In this document: positions 9,718 through 23,038 of the stretch, in pieces
Layout of the letters: every line of letters starts with the position of its first letter
Position numbering within the stretch: the first letter of the stretch is position 1
Source of the DNA: Candidatus Binatia bacterium
GTDB lineage: Bacteria > Desulfobacterota > Binatia > UBA9968 > JAJDTQ01
Direction of reading: 5' to 3'
NCBI GenBank assembly: GCA_963666515.2
Contig: OY762897.2
Span: 3,232,001 to 3,296,000 of the forward strand
Length of the DNA: 64,000 bases
Translations under genes and position numbers: made by a program
Notes under the pieces: generated by a model
Seen by the model: only the letters and a program-made list of their open reading frames with translations
The model's database searches: none
What the model was told of the DNA's origin: nothing

Positions 9718-9790
9718 TGGGCGGTACAGGACTTGAACCTGTGACCCCCGGCTTGTAAGGCCGATGCTCTCCCAACTGAGCTAACCGCCC
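9718..9790 (-). tRNA. tRNA-Val (TAC), CCA not encoded
   Basis: GGGCGGT...ACCGCCC-A; anticodon loop CT-TAC-AA. Confidence 0.95.
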
Positions 9791-9800
9791 GAAGCCCCGG

Positions 9801-12263
<2,463 letters not shown>

Positions 12264-12272
12264 GGCTCCCCC

Positions 12273-13526
<1,254 letters not shown>

Positions 13527-13538
13527 TGAAACTCCCCT

Positions 13539-14141
13539 TCACCCCTTTGCGGCTACGTCAGCGCGGCTGGTGATCACTTCATCCACCAATCCATATTCCA
13601 AAGCCTGCCGGCCCGTCATGAACAGGTCCCTGTCCGTATCCCGCTCGATTCTCTTGAGCGACTGACCCGTGTGCTTCACGAGGATCGCGCCGAGTTCCTC
13701 CCGCATCCTCAGAATCTCCCTGGCCTGGATGTCCACGTCGGCCGCGGTGCCCTGAAAGCCGCCGAGGGGCTGGTGGATCATGATGCGCGAGTGCGGCAGG
13801 GCGTAGCGCTTGCCCTTCTCGCCGGCGGCGAGCAGGACGGCGCCCATGCTGGCGGCCTGACCGAGGCATACGGTGGAGACCTGCGGGCGGATGTACTGGA
13901 TGGTGTCGTAGATGGCGAGGCCGGCGGTCACCGAGCCGCCCGGGGAGTTGATGTAGAAGTAGATGTCGCGTTCCGGATCCTCGGATTCCAGGAACAGCAA
14001 CTGCGCGGTGATCAGATTCGCCACCTCGTCTACGACCGGGCTCCCCAGAAAAACGATCCGGTCCTTCAGCAGGCGGGAATAAATGTCGTAGGCGCGCTCC
14101 CCGCGACCGGTCTGCTCTACGACGAAAGGAATGAAGTTCAT
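13539..14141 (-). CDS. clpP: Clp protease proteolytic subunit
   Basis: [11 protein letters not shown]...YINSPGG...AASMG...MIHQP. Confidence 0.98.
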   Translation of the reverse strand: MNFIPFVVEQTGRGERAYDIYSRLLKDRIVFLGSPVVDEVANLITAQLLFLESEDPERDIYFYINSPGGSVTAGLAIYDTIQYIRPQVSTVCLGQAASMGAVLLAAGEKGKRYALPHSRIMIHQPLGGFQGTAADVDIQAREILRMREELGAILVKHTGQSLKRIERDTDRDLFMTGRQALEYGLVDEVITSRADVAAKG

Positions 14142-14197
14142 GTTGCCTCAACCCGGGTGGCGACGCCACCAGAAAAGTCTAACCTCTTTTGTATCCG

Positions 14198-15496
14198 TCA
14201 GCAAGCGCTTTCCGGCGGGTCCACCACCGTAACGTCGGCCTGATCCAGCAGGAAATCCAGCGTCTTTTCGGACACGAGCTGGGAGCGCATGGTCTCTCGC
14301 GCCCAGTCCTGTCGGTAGTGCTCGCGCACCGCGGCCGCCTGACTGCCGCCGGCCCGGGCCACGGCGTCGATCCGGCCGTCCACCTCTTCGTCGGAAGCCG
14401 TGATCCCCTCGGCCGCGGCGATCTTCTCCAGCAGCAACGTCGCCCGGACCCGGCGTTCCGCCTGCGGCGTCAGCTCTTCCCGTACCTCCTCCGTGGTGGG
14501 TTCCGTAGCGTCCGCCCCCGGCCGTTCCCGCCGGCTCCCGGCCCGGCGCACGAGGTACGACAGTTCCCGGTCCACCATGGACGGAGCGACCTCGAAGTCG
14601 TGCTGGTCGATGAGATGCTCCATGATCCGGTCCTTCAACCCACCGTCCTGAAGCGTCTCGATCTCGCCCTGCAACCGGGAGCGCACCTTCTCGCGCAGTT
14701 CGTCCAGCGAATCGCACTCGCCGTAGTCGCGCGCGAACTCGTCATCGAGGGGAGGCAGAATCTTGCGCCGGATGTCCCGGACCGTCACCTCGAAGTCGGC
14801 CGTCTTCCCGGCCACGCGCTCATCGTTGGCATCCGCGGGGAAGCTCACCGCGATGTTGCCGGGCTCCCCCCGTTTCATGCCCACGAGGCCCCGTTCGAAC
14901 TCCGGTAACGCCTGGCCGGCGCCGATATCCACCCCGTAGCCCTCGGCCGCGCTTCCCGGAAACGGCTCACCGTCCACCGAGCCCGAGAAGTCGATCAGCA
15001 CGTAGTCTCCCTCTTCCACTTCGTCGCGCCCCTCCACCGGCTCCAGTTGCGCGTTGCGGTCCTGAAGCGACGTCAGGGCGCGGTCCACGTCGTCGTCCTT
15101 CACGTCGGCGCGCAAGCGCTCCACCGGCACCCCGCGATAGTCCTTCAGCTCGATGTCCGGCTTCACCTCGATCACCGCGCTGAACGCGAACGCCTGCGCC
15201 TCGTTCAGATCGCCGGTCTCCAGCCGCGGTTCGGACACCGGCTCCAGCCCCTGGTCCTTCACCGCGCCGGCGAGCGACTCCTCCACCAGCTCGGACAACG
15301 CCCGCGCCTGGATCTCCGTGCCGTAGAGGCCGCGCAGCACGTTCTGCGGAATCTTGCCGGCGCGAAAACCGCGCACCTTGGCCTGGCGCCCGAACTGCCG
15401 GTAGATGCGCGCGAAGGCCTTGTCCACCCGCTCCGCGGGGATCTCCACCCGCAGCCTTCGCTGGGTAGGCGTCAATACGTCGACTTCACACTTCAT
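14198..15496 (-). CDS. tig: Trigger factor
   Basis: GFRAGKIP signature and FKBP domain; lies upstream of clpP. Confidence 0.96.
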   Translation of the reverse strand: MKCEVDVLTPTQRRLRVEIPAERVDKAFARIYRQFGRQAKVRGFRAGKIPQNVLRGLYGTEIQARALSELVEESLAGAVKDQGLEPVSEPRLETGDLNEAQAFAFSAVIEVKPDIELKDYRGVPVERLRADVKDDDVDRALTSLQDRNAQLEPVEGRDEVEEGDYVLIDFSGSVDGEPFPGSAAEGYGVDIGAGQALPEFERGLVGMKRGEPGNIAVSFPADANDERVAGKTADFEVTVRDIRRKILPPLDDEFARDYGECDSLDELREKVRSRLQGEIETLQDGGLKDRIMEHLIDQHDFEVAPSMVDRELSYLVRRAGSRRERPGADATEPTTEEVREELTPQAERRVRATLLLEKIAAAEGITASDEEVDGRIDAVARAGGSQAAAVREHYRQDWARETMRSQLVSEKTLDFLLDQADVTVVDPPESAC

Positions 15497-15528
15497 CCCC
15501 GTTCCGCTCCCGAATTCCGTTGCCGTGA

Positions 15529-15611
15529 TGGTGCGAGAGGGGGGACTCGAACCCCCACGGTTGCCCGCTAGATCCTAAGTCTAGTGCGTCTACCAGTTCC
15601 GCCACTCTCGC
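15529..15611 (-). tRNA. tRNA-Leu (TAG)
   Basis: GCGAGAG...CTCTCGC-A-CCA; anticodon arm CTAGA-CT-TAG-GA-TCTAG. Confidence 0.95.
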
Positions 15612-15749
15612 ACGCCGTTGACACGCACACCCGCGTGTCCCTGCTTTTGCTGTAGCAACCGCGCAAACCGCAAGTCAAGGTAGCTTCCGTCCGGGATCGG
15701 CCTGATCGAGGGCTGGATGGCCGGTGAGCCTTTGAGAGAGGGGGGGGAG

Positions 15750-15823
15750 TGGGCCGCCAGGGATTCGAACCCCGGACCTACTGATTAAGAGTCAGCTGCT
15801 CTACCAGGCTGAGCTAGCGGCCC
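15750..15823 (-). tRNA. tRNA-Lys (CTT), CCA not encoded
   Basis: GGGCCGC...GCGGCCC-A; anticodon loop CT-CTT-AA. Confidence 0.95.
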
Positions 15824-15840
15824 GCACGACCTGTTTTGAT

Positions 15841-15918
15841 TGGGGTGAGTGAAGGGACTTGAACCCTCAACCCCTGGAGCCACAGTCCAGTGCTCTAACC
15901 AATTGAGCTACACTCACC
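15841..15918 (-). tRNA. tRNA-His (GTG) with encoded G-1
   Basis: GGTGAGTG...CACTCACC-CCA; anticodon arm CTGGA-CT-GTG-GC-TCCAG. Confidence 0.95.
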
Positions 15919-15940
15919 AGAAACACCAACTTCCGACATG

Positions 15941-16017
<77 letters not shown>

Positions 16018-16075
16018 GTCGAACCGTTCCTTCAAAGCCCGTTCGCGGCAGGTCGGCCGAGCCGCCCCGCCGGCG

Positions 16076-16152
16076 TGGTCGGGGCGAGCCGATTTGAACG
16101 GCCGACCCCCTGCTCCCAAGGCAGGTGCGCTACCTGGCTGCGCTACGCCCCG
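16076..16152 (-). tRNA. tRNA-Pro (TGG)
   Basis: CGGGGCG...CGCCCCG-A-CCA; anticodon arm CCTGC-CT-TGG-GA-GCAGG. Confidence 0.95.
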
Positions 16153-16164
16153 TCACGGAGTCTG

Positions 16165-16192
16165 ATTTTACCTGATGTCGCGCCGATATCAA
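16165..16192 (-). promoter_or_regulatory. Candidate promoter of the Pro-Arg-His-Lys tRNA cluster
   Basis: TTGATA-16 nt-TAAAAT, 12 nt upstream of tRNA-Pro. Confidence 0.55.
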
Positions 16193-16240
16193 GCGTTGAG
16201 CCACCGGGAGCGCGTCCGGGCAGTCGAATCGCTGCGGGCG

Positions 16241-16264
16241 GGAGCGTCCGGCCGGTCGCCCTAC
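16241..16264 (-). repeat. Degenerate GTAG-REP overlapping the rph stop codon
   Basis: Minus strand GTAGGGCGACCGGCCGGACGCTCC. Confidence 0.55.
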
Positions 16265-16992
16265 GAGCGCCAGTCCCGAAGCGCCCGTTGCTGCACGTCC
16301 AGGATCCGCTGGATGCCCGTCTGCGCCAGGAGGATCAACCGGTTGAGGGTCGCCGGGCTGAAGGGCCGCTTCTCGGCTGTGCCCTGGACCTCCACGAACT
16401 CCCCCGACCCGGTCATCACGAAGTTCATGTCCACCTCGGCGTTGTTGTCCTCGCCGGCGTCCAGATCCAGCAAGGTCTTTCCCTCCACCACGCCCACGCT
16501 GACCGCGGCGACGCTGTCCTTGAGCAGGCCCTCCGGCACGGTCTTGTCGGCGACCCACTTCGTCAACGCGCAGGCCAGCGCCACGTAGGCGCCGGTGATG
16601 GAGGCGGTGCGGGTGCCGCCGTCCGCCTGGATCACGTCGCAGTCCAGCCACACCGTCCGTTCGCCCAGACGGTCCATGTTTGCCACGGAGCGGAGGCTGC
16701 GTCCGATGAGCCGCTGGATCTCGTGGGTGCGGCCGCCCACCTTGCCGCGGGCCGCCTCCCTGGGGATGCGCACCGGCGACGACGACGGCAGCATGCCGTA
16801 CTCCGCGGTGATCCAGCCCCTGCCGGACTTGCGCAGGAACGGCGGCACCCGGTCTTCGATGTTGGCGGTGCAGATGACCCGCGTCCCGCCCATCTCCACC
16901 AGCACCGAGCCGGCGGCGTGCTCGATGAACCCGGGCGTGATGTGGACCGGCCGCAACTCCTCGTCCCCACGTCCGTCGGCTCGCATGTGCAT
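16261..16992 (-). CDS. rph: Ribonuclease PH
   Basis: RADGR...ELRPV...GSVLVEMGGTRVICTA...GWITAEYGMLP...GRTHEIQRLIGRSLR...QADGGTRTASITG; start 16992 or 16986. Confidence 0.97.
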   Translation of the reverse strand: MHMRADGRGDEELRPVHITPGFIEHAAGSVLVEMGGTRVICTANIEDRVPPFLRKSGRGWITAEYGMLPSSSPVRIPREAARGKVGGRTHEIQRLIGRSLRSVANMDRLGERTVWLDCDVIQADGGTRTASITGAYVALACALTKWVADKTVPEGLLKDSVAAVSVGVVEGKTLLDLDAGEDNNAEVDMNFVMTGSGEFVEVQGTAEKRPFSPATLNRLILLAQTGIQRILDVQQRALRDWRS

Positions 16993-17139
16993 GTTTACCT
17001 GCACTCCGACGCACACCGTAGACGCTCTCAAGGCCGAAGACAAGCCCGACGCTACGCCGCTCTCGGGGTCCCTTCGTGGGAGGTCTCGGCAGCGCAAGGC
17101 GAGGTTCCGCTAAAGTTCCTCCGGGCGGCGTTGAGCCAC

Positions 17140-17167
17140 TTGACGCGGCTGGACGCCCCTGTAGAAT
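17140..17167 (+). promoter_or_regulatory. Candidate promoter of the defence-like islet
   Basis: TTGACG-16 nt-TAGAAT; GGGAG ribosome-binding site precedes ATG 17202. Confidence 0.5.
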
Positions 17168-17201
17168 ATCCATGGTCGACCAAAACTGACGGGAGAAGAC
17201 C

Positions 17202-17708
17202 ATGGTTTCCGATCAAACGAGAAACGCCGTCTGGCAGGACATCCTGGACGCAGCAAGACTCGTCCGGTACTACGAGACACTGGCCGACCGGCATCGGTTC
17301 AAGCACTGGCTGATTCGGTTCCTGATGTTGGCGGCGGCGGCCGGGGGAGTCGCGGCGCTGCTGGAATTGCTTCCATCCATTGCTCAGTTGGTGGCCGGCG
17401 GGCTGATCGCCTTGCTTGTTGTGTGGGACTCCATTTCCGACTACGCAAAGAAGGCTGCCGTGCTACACGCGATCAGCCTTGAATGCAGCTCCTTGGAAAA
17501 CGAATGGCGCGAGCTATGGCTGGACATCGAGAATGAGGCGACCGATGAGGCCGACGCTCGAGCCAGGAACAACCGGCTCGCACGCAGAATGGATGACGTA
17601 ACCGCATGGGCGGGGCACGCGGACATCCGAGAGAATACCAGGCTCAACGAGGAATGCGAGGCAGCGGCGTACCGCGTGGTGGTTGACCGATATGCAGCCG
17701 AGAACTAA
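17202..17708 (+). CDS. SLATT-like two-TM membrane protein (putative)
   Basis: N-terminal helix, two adjacent hydrophobic segments (WLIRFLMLAAAAGGVAALL; IAQLVAGGLIALLVVW), then a long amphipathic helical tail (YAKKAAVLH...SLENEWRELW); clear RBS. Confidence 0.6.
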   Translation: MVSDQTRNAVWQDILDAARLVRYYETLADRHRFKHWLIRFLMLAAAAGGVAALLELLPSIAQLVAGGLIALLVVWDSISDYAKKAAVLHAISLECSSLENEWRELWLDIENEATDEADARARNNRLARRMDDVTAWAGHADIRENTRLNEECEAAAYRVVVDRYAAEN

Positions 17709-17814
17709 GAGAGCCAGCGGCAAGCCTGCGAGGCCGGGCAAGACTCCGCCGCCTTCCCCGCCTCCAAAACCTCCGTCCAAAAAACCTGCTCCGCCACGCC
17801 AGGACAAAGCATAG
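17692..17814 (+). CDS. 40-aa Pro/Lys-rich microprotein (not in the ORF track)
   Basis: MQPRTKRASGKPARPGKTPPPSPPPKPPSKKPAPPRQDKA*; overlaps the 3' end of the SLATT-like gene. Confidence 0.4.
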   Translation: MQPRTKRASGKPARPGKTPPPSPPPKPPSKKPAPPRQDKA

Positions 17815-17877
17815 CGCGCCGGCGACGGTTACTTCATGACGGGCCGTTGGGAGTGCGCTGAAACGTACGGAACCGAA

Positions 17878-19367
17878 ATGCTCGAACGCCTGGAGTTGGA
17901 AAACGTCGGCCCGGCGCCGGAAATGCTGCTGGATCTGCAACCCCGGTTGAATCTCATCACCGGCGACAACGGGCTCGGCAAGAGCTTCCTGCTTGATGCC
18001 GCCTGGTGGGCGCTGACGCGGAGGTGGCCTCGTGATCTGAATCACGCCTGACCTCCGGCTACGCGGCCCGTCCGTCGGATATTGCGAAACCGGCGAAGCT
18101 GCAATTCGCACTAACAACCACTGCCGGAAAGCGCGGGAGCTTCGAGAGCAGATACTCAGCCCAAGACGAGAGCTGGACCGGCCAACCTGGAAGACCGTGG
18201 AGCCCCGGACTGGTTATCCATGCACACGCCGACGGCGGCTTCTCGGTCTGGGATCCGGCCCGGAACTACTGGAAGAAAAAAGGGAATATCGACGTTCAGG
18301 ATCGGCTTCCGGGGTACGTTTTCTCACCGGAAGAGGTCTGGACCGGGCTGGTCGTCCCGATCCAGGGCAAAGCGACCAGGGTCTGCAAGGGACTCCTCGA
18401 CGATTGGTCGAGTTGGATACGGGAGAATGGGGAGAACGCACGCCGCATGGCCGAGGTCGTCAGTACACTGACGGTCGGAGACGAGCCTTGCCAAGTCGGT
18501 CCGATCCTGCGGCTTTCCGTTGATGACGCGCAGGACATCCCATCGATCAAGACCGAATATTCCGACGCCGTTCCGATCGTGCTCGCATCATCGGCGGTGC
18601 GCAGGATTACCGGCTTGGCCTATATGCTCGTGTGGGCCTGGAGCGAACACGTGCGTGCCGCAGCACAGCTCGGCTTAAAAGTCGCCGGGCAGGTAATTCT
18701 GCTGTTTGACGAAATAGACGCGCACCTTCATCCACGATGGCAGCGAGCCATCATACCCGCAATTCTCCGAGTAATGGACCATCTCACTGATCGCAACACG
18801 GGCGTACAGCTCATCGCGGCCACCCACTCGCCGCTCGTGCTCGCCTCGGTGGAGCCTCACTTCGATGAAGACCTCGACCGGCTATTCCACCTGGAGATAC
18901 GCAATGGTCGGGTGCACCTCGATGTCAAGCCGTGGGCGGCACAGGGCTTTCGGAATCTCTGCGCCTACTCTGCGATGTACGAACCGGTCGGGACTGTGGA
19001 TCACTTCGTAAGCTGCCATGAAGACCCGTCGAAGACATACGAGTGGGACAACTACCGCTACTGCGCAGCATGGATCAATTCAAGCAAGGGCAATGCGCCG
19101 GCAGGTGATCTGCTCGATCCGTTCGATATCGAGAACGGGTGGTTCGAGATCCATCTGCCGTCCTTGCAGTTGCGAGTTTCGGACACCATTCCCGACGAGT
19201 TCCGGGAACGCGCCGAGTACGTATTGAACAGGCTGCATCTGCGCGACGACGAGCGTGTCATACGTCAACGCAGCGAGTGGTACCGCATGTATCAATGCGG
19301 GGAGCTTTCCTTGGATGGACTCGACGGGAAAGCACCGCTGATAGCTGCAGCAATAGACAGGGCATGA
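17878..19367 (+). pseudogene. Disrupted ABC-type (AAA_15/AAA_21-like) ATPase fused in frame to an HNH-like nuclease; Septu (PtuAB)-like remnant
   Basis: Walker A GDNGLGKS in ORF 17878-18051, then a frameshift near 18043. The second frame is open to 19367 with Walker B/D-loop LLFDEIDAHLHPRWQ and H-loop ATHSP, then switches abruptly near 18947 to FRNLCAYS...VDHF...YEWDNY...WINSSK (HNH). Confidence 0.75.
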
Positions 19368-19421
19368 ACATGACGTTGACGTGGACGCGGGGAGGGGCGT
19401 GACCGGCGGCCCATCCACAAT

Positions 19422-19443
19422 CGGGCTCGAATTCCGCCCCTAC
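19422..19443 (-). repeat. Degenerate GTAG-REP overlapping the ALDH stop codon
   Basis: Minus strand GTAGGGGCGGAATTCGAGCCCG. Confidence 0.5.
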
Positions 19444-20852
19444 AGGTGGAAGACGACGGTCTTCAACTCGGTCATCTCCTCGACGGCGTACTTCGGGCCT
19501 TCCTTGCCGAAGCCCGACTCCTTGAGGCCGCCGTACGGCATCACGTCGGCGCGCCACTGCGGCCCCCAGTTCACGTGCAGGTTGCCGGACTCGACCTCGC
19601 GGGCGAAGCGCATGGCCCAGCCGACGTTCTCGGTGAAGATGCCCGCGGAAAGGCCGAACACCGTGTCGTTGGCCAGCGCGATGGCCTCGTCGATGGATTC
19701 GAACGGTGTGACCGCGACGGCCGGGCCGAACAGCTCGTCGCGCGAGATCCGCATGCCGCTGGAAACGTCGGCCACCACGGTGGGCGCGTAGACCGCACCG
19801 TTGCGGGAGCCTCCGGCCACCAGCCGGGCGCCTTCGCCGACGGCCTCGTTGACCCACTGCTCCACCCGGACGGCTTCGGCCTCCTTGATCATCGGCCCCA
19901 CCTGGGTCGCGGCATCGAGTTGGCTGCCGGTGGCCAGGGCCTCCACCCTGGGCGCCAGCGCGCCCAGGAAGTCCGCATACACCTTGCCGTCGGCCAGCAC
20001 GCGCTGGGTGGAGATGCAGACCTGCCCGGAATTGGCGTAGCCGGTGGCGGCCACGGCCGCGGCCACCTTGTCGAGGTCGGCGTCCGGCATGACGATCAAC
20101 GGGCAGTTGGAGCCCAGCTCCATGGTGACCTTCTTGATGCCCGCCACCCGGCAGATGTTCTCCCCCACCTCGCGGCTGCCGGTGAAGGTGATCTTGCGCA
20201 CCCGGGGGTCGGCCACCAGCGGATCGCCGATCTCGCCGCCCGAGCCGGTGAGGCACTGGACGCCCTCGGGCGGCACGCCGGCCTCCAGCAGGATCTCGGT
20301 GAGCTTGAGGCCCGACAGCGGCGTGTCGGAAGCCGGCTTGATGACCACCGAGTTGCCGCCGGCGATGGCCGGGCCCACCTTGTGGCACAGCAGGTTGAGC
20401 GGGAAGTTGAACGGGCCGATGGCCACCACCACGCCGCAGGGCACCCGGAGCGTGAAGGCCAACTTGCCCGCTCCCGCGGGGTCGGCGTCCAGCGGCACGG
20501 TCTCGCCGTGCACCCGCTTGGCCTCCTCGGCCGAGGCGGTCAGGGTCTCCACCGCCCGGCGCACCTCGCCCTTGCCCTCGGCCAGGACCTTGCCCTCCTC
20601 GCTGGAGATGAGCGTGCCCAACTCGTCCACCCGCTCGGCCATGAGCGCGGCCGCGCGGGTCAGCACGCGCCAGCGCTCGTGGGCGGTCATGCGCGCCATC
20701 ACCTTGGCGCCGCGCTCGGCGAACGCGAGCGCGCGATCCACGTCGGCGACGCCGGCCTTGGGCACGGCGTCGATGACGGAGCCGTCATACGGGTTGCCGA
20801 CATCCTGCATCCTGGGTCGGTCCACCCACTCGCCTGCAAGAAACATCTTCAT
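19440..20852 (-). CDS. NAD(P)-dependent aldehyde dehydrogenase
   Basis: PFNFP, VIKPAS, FTGS, catalytic MELG and GQVCIS, ELFGP; ATG 20852 with AGGAG upstream. Confidence 0.93.
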   Translation of the reverse strand: MKMFLAGEWVDRPRMQDVGNPYDGSVIDAVPKAGVADVDRALAFAERGAKVMARMTAHERWRVLTRAAALMAERVDELGTLISSEEGKVLAEGKGEVRRAVETLTASAEEAKRVHGETVPLDADPAGAGKLAFTLRVPCGVVVAIGPFNFPLNLLCHKVGPAIAGGNSVVIKPASDTPLSGLKLTEILLEAGVPPEGVQCLTGSGGEIGDPLVADPRVRKITFTGSREVGENICRVAGIKKVTMELGSNCPLIVMPDADLDKVAAAVAATGYANSGQVCISTQRVLADGKVYADFLGALAPRVEALATGSQLDAATQVGPMIKEAEAVRVEQWVNEAVGEGARLVAGGSRNGAVYAPTVVADVSSGMRISRDELFGPAVAVTPFESIDEAIALANDTVFGLSAGIFTENVGWAMRFAREVESGNLHVNWGPQWRADVMPYGGLKESGFGKEGPKYAVEEMTELKTVVFHL

Positions 20853-20979
20853 GGCGATCACACTCCTTTGCGCGGTTCAGGCCGCATCATCATGCTGGGC
20901 TTGACCCGGGGCCCGGGGCGACGGTGAGGCAGTCCGGGGGGCGGGTGATGGCCCGGGATGACGGAGTGATGGTCCGTCG

Positions 20980-22050
20980 TCACACCAGGTCCCCTATCGG
21001 CTCCAGCACGGTTTCCGAGAGCCCCTCGATCATGGCGGCGAGGCTCGGCGGCTCCACCGTGCCGATGGCGGCCATGGCCGCCTGCCGGCGGGCGTGCATC
21101 TCCCCCACCGCGAAGCGCAGCGAGCCGAGCCGGTCGAACAGGGCCCCGGCCCGCTCCACGTCCGCGGCCGACGTGTCCGCCCGGTCCCTGTCGAGCACCT
21201 CCAGCAGCCGGCGCGCGTCGTCCGGCGGCGCGTTCTCCAGCGCGTGGACCGCCAGGACGCTGCGCTTGCCCTCGGCGATGTCGCTGCCGCGCTGGTCGCG
21301 GCCCTTGTCGCCGTAGAGGTCCAGCACATCGTCCTGCACCTGGAACAGGATGCCCAACTGGCGCGCCGCTTCGGTGAGCCCCTCGACGACCCCGGCCTCC
21401 CGGCCCAGCATCTCGGCGCTGCCCGCCATGCCCAGCACGAACAACCGCGCGGTCTTGGCTTCGACCATGTCGAAGTACCGCGCCAGCGAGGGGCGCGGAC
21501 TGGCCCGCAGGGCGAACTCCTGCTCCTGCCCGTCGATGACCTTCAGCGTCTCCATGAGGATGCGCCGCGCCAGCGCCTCCCGCCGCTCGCCCGACACCGG
21601 CGCGCGCTGCGCCAGCAGCAGCGTGAAGTAGAACATGGCGTCGCCAAGGTTGATGGCGCGGGCCACGCCGAACCGGCGCCATACCGTCTCGTGCCCCCGG
21701 CGTGCCTCGTCGCCGTCCTGCACGTCGTCGTGGACCAGCGTGGCGTTGTGCAGCATTTCGCACGCCGCGCCCATGGCCACCGCCCTGGCCGGGTCCTCGC
21801 CCAGGCAGTCCGCCACCAGCAGCGGCAGCAGCGCGCGCAGCCGCTTGCCGCCGGTCTGAAAGTGGTAGCGGGTCATCTCGGCCAGCCCGGAACCGGCAAG
21901 CTCCGCTTCCCGGACCACATCGTCGAGGAGGGACAGGACTTCGGGCAGGTAGCGTTTGCGGATGCTTTCGAGGTGGGCCAGGAACGCCTGCCTTGCCGCC
22001 GCCGAGGGGTCGCCGGCCGCCGCACGGCCCGGGGGATCGTCGCGCGCCAT
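20980..22050 (-). CDS. Polyprenyl diphosphate synthase family protein
   Basis: GGKRLR, first Asp-rich motif LVHDDVQD...RRG, KT, and second motif FQVQDDVLD; start ATG 22050. Confidence 0.92.
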   Translation of the reverse strand: MARDDPPGRAAAGDPSAAARQAFLAHLESIRKRYLPEVLSLLDDVVREAELAGSGLAEMTRYHFQTGGKRLRALLPLLVADCLGEDPARAVAMGAACEMLHNATLVHDDVQDGDEARRGHETVWRRFGVARAINLGDAMFYFTLLLAQRAPVSGERREALARRILMETLKVIDGQEQEFALRASPRPSLARYFDMVEAKTARLFVLGMAGSAEMLGREAGVVEGLTEAARQLGILFQVQDDVLDLYGDKGRDQRGSDIAEGKRSVLAVHALENAPPDDARRLLEVLDRDRADTSAADVERAGALFDRLGSLRFAVGEMHARRQAAMAAIGTVEPPSLAAMIEGLSETVLEPIGDLV

Positions 22051-22061
22051 GCGCGTCCTTC

Positions 22062-22265
22062 TCAGCGGAGCTTCATGCCGAACGCCACGGGCCCCTTGTC
22101 GCCCGCGCGGGTCTGGAACTGCACGCTGTCGCCTTCGCCGAAGTCCTCGAACTGCACCCGCGGCGCGCCGCTGCCGCGGTGGAAGAAGACGTCGTCGCCG
22201 CCGTCGTCCGGCTCGATGAAGCCGAACCCCTTGTCCCTCAGTATCTTCTTGATGGTTCCCGTCAC
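22062..22265 (-). CDS. Cold-shock domain protein
   Basis: RNP1 KGFGFI and RNP2 VFFH; GGAGG RBS; candidate promoter TTGACG-16-TAAGAT at 22292-22319. Confidence 0.92.
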   Translation of the reverse strand: MTGTIKKILRDKGFGFIEPDDGGDDVFFHRGSGAPRVQFEDFGEGDSVQFQTRAGDKGPVAFGMKLR

Positions 22266-22324
22266 GCTTCGGCCTCCCTGTTCCCGCTGTCATCTTAGTC
22301 GATTTCTGGTATGCGTCAAGAAGG

Positions 22325-23038
22325 ATGACCGGTTCGCTGCGCGTCATGGATCTGGGCCGCCTGGAATACGAGGCGGCGCTGGCGGTCCAGGAGCGGGTGC
22401 TCGAAGAGAAGGTCCGCGAGCCCGCGGACGACTGCCTGATCCTGGTGGAGCATCCGCACGTGATCACCACCGGCCGGAGGGAAGCGGCCTCCCACGTCCT
22501 CGACCCCGGCGGCGTCCCGGTCCGCGCCACCAGCCGGGGCGGCGACGTGACCTACCACGGCCCCGGCCAGTTGGTGGCGTACCCGATCATCGATCTCAAG
22601 TCGAAGCTGCGCCGCGCCGTCCACCGCTACCTGCACCGGCTGGAGCAGGTGATCATCGACGTGCTCGGGGCGTTCGGTCTGGAGGGCGCGCGTCGGCCGC
22701 CCTTCACCGGCGTGTGGACCGGCGACCGGAAGATCTGCGCCATCGGCATCGCCGTCAAACGCGGCGTCACCTATCATGGCGCCGCCCTCAACGTGGCGCC
22801 GGACCTGGACTATTTCCGCAGGATCGTCCCGTGCGGCCTGGAATGGGCTCAGGTCACCTCCATCGAGCGGGAGGCGGGGAGGCTGGTTGAGATGGATGTA
22901 GTGAAATCCCTGCTGGTGCAGGGCTTCTGCCGGAGGTTCGGATACGAAGGGTTCGTGCGGGATGGGGACGCGCCGGCGTCGGGCGCGGGCGGAGGGCGAC
23001 CGCGGGTCGCCCCTACTTCTGAAACCAGTCGGCGTTGA
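22325..23038 (+). CDS. lipB: Lipoyl(octanoyl) transferase LipB
   Basis: [44 protein letters not shown]. Confidence 0.95.
   Translation: MTGSLRVMDLGRLEYEAALAVQERVLEEKVREPADDCLILVEHPHVITTGRREAASHVLDPGGVPVRATSRGGDVTYHGPGQLVAYPIIDLKSKLRRAVHRYLHRLEQVIIDVLGAFGLEGARRPPFTGVWTGDRKICAIGIAVKRGVTYHGAALNVAPDLDYFRRIVPCGLEWAQVTSIEREAGRLVEMDVVKSLLVQGFCRRFGYEGFVRDGDAPASGAGGGRPRVAPTSETSRR
22994..23016 (-). repeat. GTAG-family REP overlapping the ferredoxin stop codon
   Basis: GGGCGACCGCGGGTCGCCCCTAC, identical over 23 nt to 867-889. Confidence 0.8.

Noticed and set aside
15734-15748. GA/G homopolymer run after tRNA-Lys as a phase-variation tract
   Set aside because: Intergenic and downstream of a tRNA, not within a CDS or promoter spacer; more likely a pyrimidine-rich trailer.
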